A DNA stretch of 64,000 nucleotides from an uncultured virus (IMG/VR IMGVR_UViG_3300005201_000018). Lineage: Duplodnaviria > Heunggongvirae > Uroviricota > Caudoviricetes. This document shows, one piece after another, positions 59,518 to 64,000 of this stretch (position 1 is its first letter; each line of letters starts with the position of its first letter). Under the pieces are notes generated by a model. That model saw only the letters and a program-made list of their open reading frames with translations. It did no database searches and was not told where the DNA came from. The stretch is taken from IMG/VR virus record IMGVR_UViG_3300005201_000018; one strand, written 5' to 3'. A program made the translations under genes and the position numbers.

Positions 59518-60060
59518 TTACTCCTTCTTCAACTCAACAAACAAATGCGGCTTAGGCAACACCTTGTGGCACACATAACAACTTTGAAACGGAGGTGACT
59601 TCATCGTTACGCCGTTCTGATCTATGTAGGCTACACGCGGTTTGAGCCACATTATTTCAAGTTTCTTACCCTTGAACAAAGAAAAACGCTTCCCCTCAAA
59701 CAACCCGGCAGTAGCGCCCATGAGCACAGCAAATGGCCTACCAAGGTAAAATAAATGTTCAAACACCTGATCCTTCAACGAGTAGGGCGGGTTAGATATT
59801 ATGTAGTCGTACTGTTCTACAAATTTTGGTGATAAGTTAAAAAAATCTTCTTCATAGAAAGAATCGTGTGCGTTTATATGTGTGCAAAGAACAGTATGTT
59901 GCTCCTTCAAAACTGTGTTAAAAGAACTTGTCTCATGATCAAACGGGCAGAGAATCACGCTGTTTGGCTTCAAGTACGGTAATAGCGGCCTTACCGCGTA
60001 CTCAGGCGTCATCCATTCATCTTGTTTTTTTGTTGCACGCAGCATTGTGGTAACACTCAT
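59518..60060 (-). CDS. Adenine methyltransferase-like protein
   Basis: DEWMTP, CPFD, DFF, ISNPPYS. Confidence 0.7.
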   Translation of the reverse strand: MSVTTMLRATKKQDEWMTPEYAVRPLLPYLKPNSVILCPFDHETSSFNTVLKEQHTVLCTHINAHDSFYEEDFFNLSPKFVEQYDYIISNPPYSLKDQVFEHLFYLGRPFAVLMGATAGLFEGKRFSLFKGKKLEIMWLKPRVAYIDQNGVTMKSPPFQSCYVCHKVLPKPHLFVELKKE

Positions 60061-60302
60061 ATTATTCCCCCCACCACTTATAGATAACTACAAATATAAC
60101 AGCGCAAATAACCCAGACTGCTGTGAACGCACCACTAACAAATGAACGCCAATCCATCACTCTCCTCCCTCATAATTATCATCTTCAATAAGTTGGATAT
60201 TTATTGCCGTTTTGGTAATTTTCAACACAATTCCTACACCAAGTAGACCGCCAATGATAAACACGCCAATATATGACAAGATGAGATTACTTAAAGTGAT
60301 AC

Positions 60303-61808
60303 TCATGCTACCTGCTCCTTTACCAAATCAACAATTCTATCAAGGCCGTAACGCCCTTTGCTTTCCACCAGGTACAACCCCTGCTTTGCGCGGGTGCACG
60401 CTACATACAAAACCCTTAGTTCTTCGTCGATATTGACGAGCGCATTTTTATCAACGGACCTGGTACAATCAAGAAAAACTGTTACAAAATCAGCCTCACC
60501 GCCTTTTACACGATGTGTTGTCGAAAGCAGAAGAAAAGGCTCCTGCTTCGCTAACTCCTCAAGCTTGTCAATCCCATGTTTCTGTATATAGTCAAAATAC
60601 ACATAGCGCCGTTCAGACGGTATTAAGTCACTCTCTATAAAGTCGTCGTTAATATCTTTGATTTTATATTTAGTACAAAAATCCTGCAGGGTTTCTTCAC
60701 TGCTGAAACCTTTCTTGCGAAAATTGTAGTACCGCTTTATTTTCATAACATCGCGCTCGGCAACACAAAAACCTTTTGCCGTGTGGTAGGGAATAGTGTA
60801 CTGTTCAAGACAGTCTATTATCTCGTCCATAAGGCAGTTGTTGCGGAACAAAAGATACCAGCGGTAAGGTGTAAAACCGTTTTGCTTAATATCTTTTTGT
60901 ATCCTTCGTATTAAAATACGGCTGTCTGACAATTCGTCAACAAAACCCTCAACGTCTTTAACCGGCCTAAAGTCTTTATCTATCTTATCTGTTATAAGCG
61001 CAGTAATGCCCTTGGCGAACTTGTATACCGCAATAGGAAGTCTGTAGGACGTTTCAAGTTTCACTGCGTTGTATTTTTTTGCGAGGCAGATGAGCGTTTT
61101 CGGTGACGCACCGGCGTAACTGAAGACACACTGATAGTCGTCTCCCGCTATTACTATCTTTTCACAGAGCGAAAATGCTATCTGGCAAACTTCCCACTGA
61201 AGGAGTGTCAAGTCCTGCGCCTCGTCGATAAAAGCTACTTTTACGTTTACCGGTTTGTTTCTTTCCCTGAACCGCGTTAAACAGTCATGGAAGTCTACCA
61301 AGCTATTTTTTGCCTTAAACAGCTCAAAAGCTTTTACAAGCAGTCTATATCGTTCCTCGTCATACGCAGTATCATGTATGAAAACTCCTTTTGTGCTGCC
61401 GCTTCTTTTAACATCATACCGTGTCAACAGCCTGTCATCCGATGTTTGTTCTTCATAGGCATCTCGTAAACTGATATTGTAGCCGTACTCTTTATTGAAT
61501 TCTTCTATCTTTGCCTTTGTGATTATTGAAGCGTGCTCTAGCCCTAATTCCTTGAAACAAAGCGCGTGCAGTGTCTTAAAGTGCACAAGATCATCTGCTG
61601 AAAGTTGCGGATTTGCCTGTAGCGCCCGTTCAATACCGTGCGCGACGCCTTTACGGGTATATGTCACAAACGCAATCTCATCAGGCCGGTAGACTTCTAA
61701 CAACCTAGCCATTTCGTCCATGATCGCAGAAGTCTTACCGGCACCGGCAGCGGCAAGGCAAACAGTAACATCATTTGTATTGAACGAAAGCGTTTCAGGT
61801 GTTATCAC
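60303..61808 (-). CDS. UvrD/Rep-like SF1 helicase
   Basis: AAAGAGKT, TLHA, IDEAQD, GDDYQ, SYR, HRVKGGE, YVACTRAK. Confidence 0.92.
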   Translation of the reverse strand: MITPETLSFNTNDVTVCLAAAGAGKTSAIMDEMARLLEVYRPDEIAFVTYTRKGVAHGIERALQANPQLSADDLVHFKTLHALCFKELGLEHASIITKAKIEEFNKEYGYNISLRDAYEEQTSDDRLLTRYDVKRSGSTKGVFIHDTAYDEERYRLLVKAFELFKAKNSLVDFHDCLTRFRERNKPVNVKVAFIDEAQDLTLLQWEVCQIAFSLCEKIVIAGDDYQCVFSYAGASPKTLICLAKKYNAVKLETSYRLPIAVYKFAKGITALITDKIDKDFRPVKDVEGFVDELSDSRILIRRIQKDIKQNGFTPYRWYLLFRNNCLMDEIIDCLEQYTIPYHTAKGFCVAERDVMKIKRYYNFRKKGFSSEETLQDFCTKYKIKDINDDFIESDLIPSERRYVYFDYIQKHGIDKLEELAKQEPFLLLSTTHRVKGGEADFVTVFLDCTRSVDKNALVNIDEELRVLYVACTRAKQGLYLVESKGRYGLDRIVDLVKEQVA

Positions 61809-62224
61809 TTTTTACTCCCTATGATAGCTAAAAAATCTGTACCTAATCGTTTTCGCATATTCCACAAATAAAAACGTTGCTTTGCAGGAACCTCCTCATG
61901 CAAAACAAGCCAACGATACAAGTACAACTGCTCGCCGATAGTAAGGTGTATATCGTCACCTTTCCATGTATAGTCATGCAATGCAAAATTGAAACAATAC
62001 TTTCCCTGTCGCCATATACACCCGCCGAGATCAGTGAGGCTTTTAAGTTCTGCTTTTGCCGTCTTCTTCTTCTGCCTAAACACACCGAGACGATCCAATG
62101 TCACAGTCAATCTGCAATCATCAAGCTTCCGATCAGCGTTTCGGAACCATTCAACTATATCGTCAACCGGAATGTCTGCGGTTTTCGGGATAAAGAATGT
62201 TTTAGAACTTAGTATCGTCGCCAC
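61805..62224 (-). CDS. Hypothetical protein
   Basis: Likely GTG start at 62224, between primase and helicase. Confidence 0.55.
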   Translation of the reverse strand: MATILSSKTFFIPKTADIPVDDIVEWFRNADRKLDDCRLTVTLDRLGVFRQKKKTAKAELKSLTDLGGCIWRQGKYCFNFALHDYTWKGDDIHLTIGEQLYLYRWLVLHEEVPAKQRFYLWNMRKRLGTDFLAIIGSKK

Positions 62225-63950
62225 TACCGTCTTCCTCCTCTGCCTTATTCTTCTGTAAAATATCTGCGTCCCCTTCGTAGATGTCGTCATAGAAAGCATC
62301 CATTGCCAAAAGCTCCTCCGTCTCGCTTTTCTTCCAGCACGGTATTTTAATCTCAACACCCTTTGCTGTCTTATACACTAGTTCTGCTTCCGTACACCCA
62401 AAATCTGTCAGCTTTGCATGAAGATTAACCTTATGCAAAGGAATCTTTTCAAGGTTCAAAAACCGCAATAGACCGTCCGTGGTAAAGTAATACACGCCGT
62501 CTGATTTATAAACCTGCCCGACCTTTATTAACGACTGCTGTCCGTTTTGTATCTGTTTATGCGTTAAATATCGCATAACCGCGTTACGCAGCAACGAATC
62601 TTCGGAAGTCTCTGTCCCTTTCGCAACCACTATTTTCCGTTCCTTCAGGCCGTCCATAGATCGATTTGTTATGTCGATCCAGTCCGCTTGTTTTACAACG
62701 TTAGGCGACCAATGAAGATCACGACGGCAAGCAGTCCGTATTTTTGCCTGATTCTCAAAATCATCCACACAATCAATACGTACCGGCCTATAGTCTTCAC
62801 CCTCCTTGACTCGAATTTGCCAGATGTAATACTGCGCTTCATCTGCTGTATCTACAACTTTCGTTAACTCTCCCCAGGAATCTGCCCCGGTAAGATGGTT
62901 GCCTTTATCACGTCCTACCCCAAACTCACGTTGTTTACACAACCTCTTATCGCAATAATCAGCACAAGGCGATTTCTTACACCAGTAGTTGTCCCAATTC
63001 TTCTCTTTGTCGGTAACTGACGAATAAATTGACGTTACCTCTTTTTCTTCTAAAGGCGCTTCAAGACAGCCATTCATCTCATCGAGAAGACCACGAAAAT
63101 CCTCCCGATATTTCTTTTTCAGGTATATCGCCGCAGAAAATAAAAAACAGTTGCGTCCATCGTTTTCTGCAAGAGCGCCTGTTAGCAGAATCATCTGTAT
63201 GCAAAACGGCGCGTCACTATACGGCAGATTCTCCAATGCACCGCGTATCTCCCGTACTGAAGTAAACATGCTTTCGATGATCGGAATAGCTTTTTCTATG
63301 CCTATAAGCTTTCCTTCGGCAGTAAACATCTTATTCTTACAGCCTTTTGCCGTATTATAAAAAGGCAGAAAAAGACAATTAACATTCCGGTCGCCGGGTA
63401 TGAATGTAGCCTGCTTGGGGAACACTTCAACCTTGCTCTTGTTCTTGTCGTTTACATACAGCCTGTTTAGCCCAAACACCTCCACAATTTTATTAAGCGC
63501 TTCAATAACTTTACCGCCTGGCTCTGCTTCTGAAAAAAAGAAATACAGATGCAGGCCGCCTGATTTTGACCGAAACGCCGCAAACTTAAACCCGAACTTG
63601 TATAACTTACGAACAAGCCCGGTAAAAGTTGTATCATACACATCAATGTCAATCGCCGCAAAATAGCAAACATTGTTCTTGTCTTTCGTGTTGCACAACG
63701 GCGCTATGGCAACACCATTACCGCCGTTCAAGTGTTCCCTGTAGTGTTCTTTCGTAACCGGTACTAGGTCCCCCTTCTCAAAACCTTCCGGTATGTTAGG
63801 GAAACTCTTTGTCCCATAGGCTGCAAATCCGCACCACGAAGCCTTTAATTTTCCTTCCTTCTCTACGAAAGGCGCTTGGTGGTGAACATAAAACGCAGGA
63901 TTGCCCTGGAAAAGCCGGTAGAACGCTGTGAGGGTGTTCTCTGTGGACAT
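62202..63950 (-). CDS. AEP-type primase with PriCT-like domain
   Basis: AIDID, SKSGGLHLY, LFLP, GRNCFLF; CxxC cluster. Confidence 0.8.
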   Translation of the reverse strand: MSTENTLTAFYRLFQGNPAFYVHHQAPFVEKEGKLKASWCGFAAYGTKSFPNIPEGFEKGDLVPVTKEHYREHLNGGNGVAIAPLCNTKDKNNVCYFAAIDIDVYDTTFTGLVRKLYKFGFKFAAFRSKSGGLHLYFFFSEAEPGGKVIEALNKIVEVFGLNRLYVNDKNKSKVEVFPKQATFIPGDRNVNCLFLPFYNTAKGCKNKMFTAEGKLIGIEKAIPIIESMFTSVREIRGALENLPYSDAPFCIQMILLTGALAENDGRNCFLFSAAIYLKKKYREDFRGLLDEMNGCLEAPLEEKEVTSIYSSVTDKEKNWDNYWCKKSPCADYCDKRLCKQREFGVGRDKGNHLTGADSWGELTKVVDTADEAQYYIWQIRVKEGEDYRPVRIDCVDDFENQAKIRTACRRDLHWSPNVVKQADWIDITNRSMDGLKERKIVVAKGTETSEDSLLRNAVMRYLTHKQIQNGQQSLIKVGQVYKSDGVYYFTTDGLLRFLNLEKIPLHKVNLHAKLTDFGCTEAELVYKTAKGVEIKIPCWKKSETEELLAMDAFYDDIYEGDADILQKNKAEEEDGSGDDTKF

Positions 63951-64000
63951 AGCAGCCCCCCCCCAGTTAATTTTTAAGCGTTACTACAATCGGACTATCT

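Larger units (their letters stand above)
1..64000. mobile_element. Tailed bacteriophage or prophage genome, myovirus-like, probably temperate
   Basis: Terminase, portal, capsid, sheath/tube, tape measure, baseplate, fibre, lysis, replication and integrase genes in modular order; no host housekeeping block seen. Confidence 0.95.

Noticed and set aside
1..64000. Alternative genetic code or introns/inteins in core genes
   Set aside because: Terminase, PolA, UvrD and primase read through at ordinary lengths in the standard code

Overview
Most or all of a ~64 kb tailed phage genome with contractile-tail-like gene order. It carries an integrase, so it is probably temperate, and its SSB suggests a Treponema-like spirochaete host (inference). 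Layout: integrase (275-1741, +); a leftward block of small early genes (1.7-13.2 kb); an AT-rich control region and an isolated 278-aa gene; an antirepressor; rightward packaging, head, tail and lysis genes (17.3-48.8 kb); leftward replication and nucleotide genes (48.9-64 kb: split SNF2 helicase, TOPRIM protein, ThyX, PolA, two methyltransferase-like genes, UvrD, primase). Highlights: (1) a four-cassette tail-fibre shufflon with four 34-bp sites and an Mpi-like serine invertase; (2) a ~77-nt small RNA with its own promoter and terminator, complementary loop-to-loop and over the RBS to the leader of the 278-aa gene 2.3 kb away, a candidate RNA-based immunity or lysis-lysogeny switch; (3) two 7-copy promoter-like motif families marking early and late units; (4) a methyltransferase-like gene frameshifted at a G10 tract; (5) a helicase whose Walker A domain is a separate downstream gene; (6) a fully overlapping dual-coding pair after the endolysin. 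Family names come from motif recognition by eye; no database search was run.
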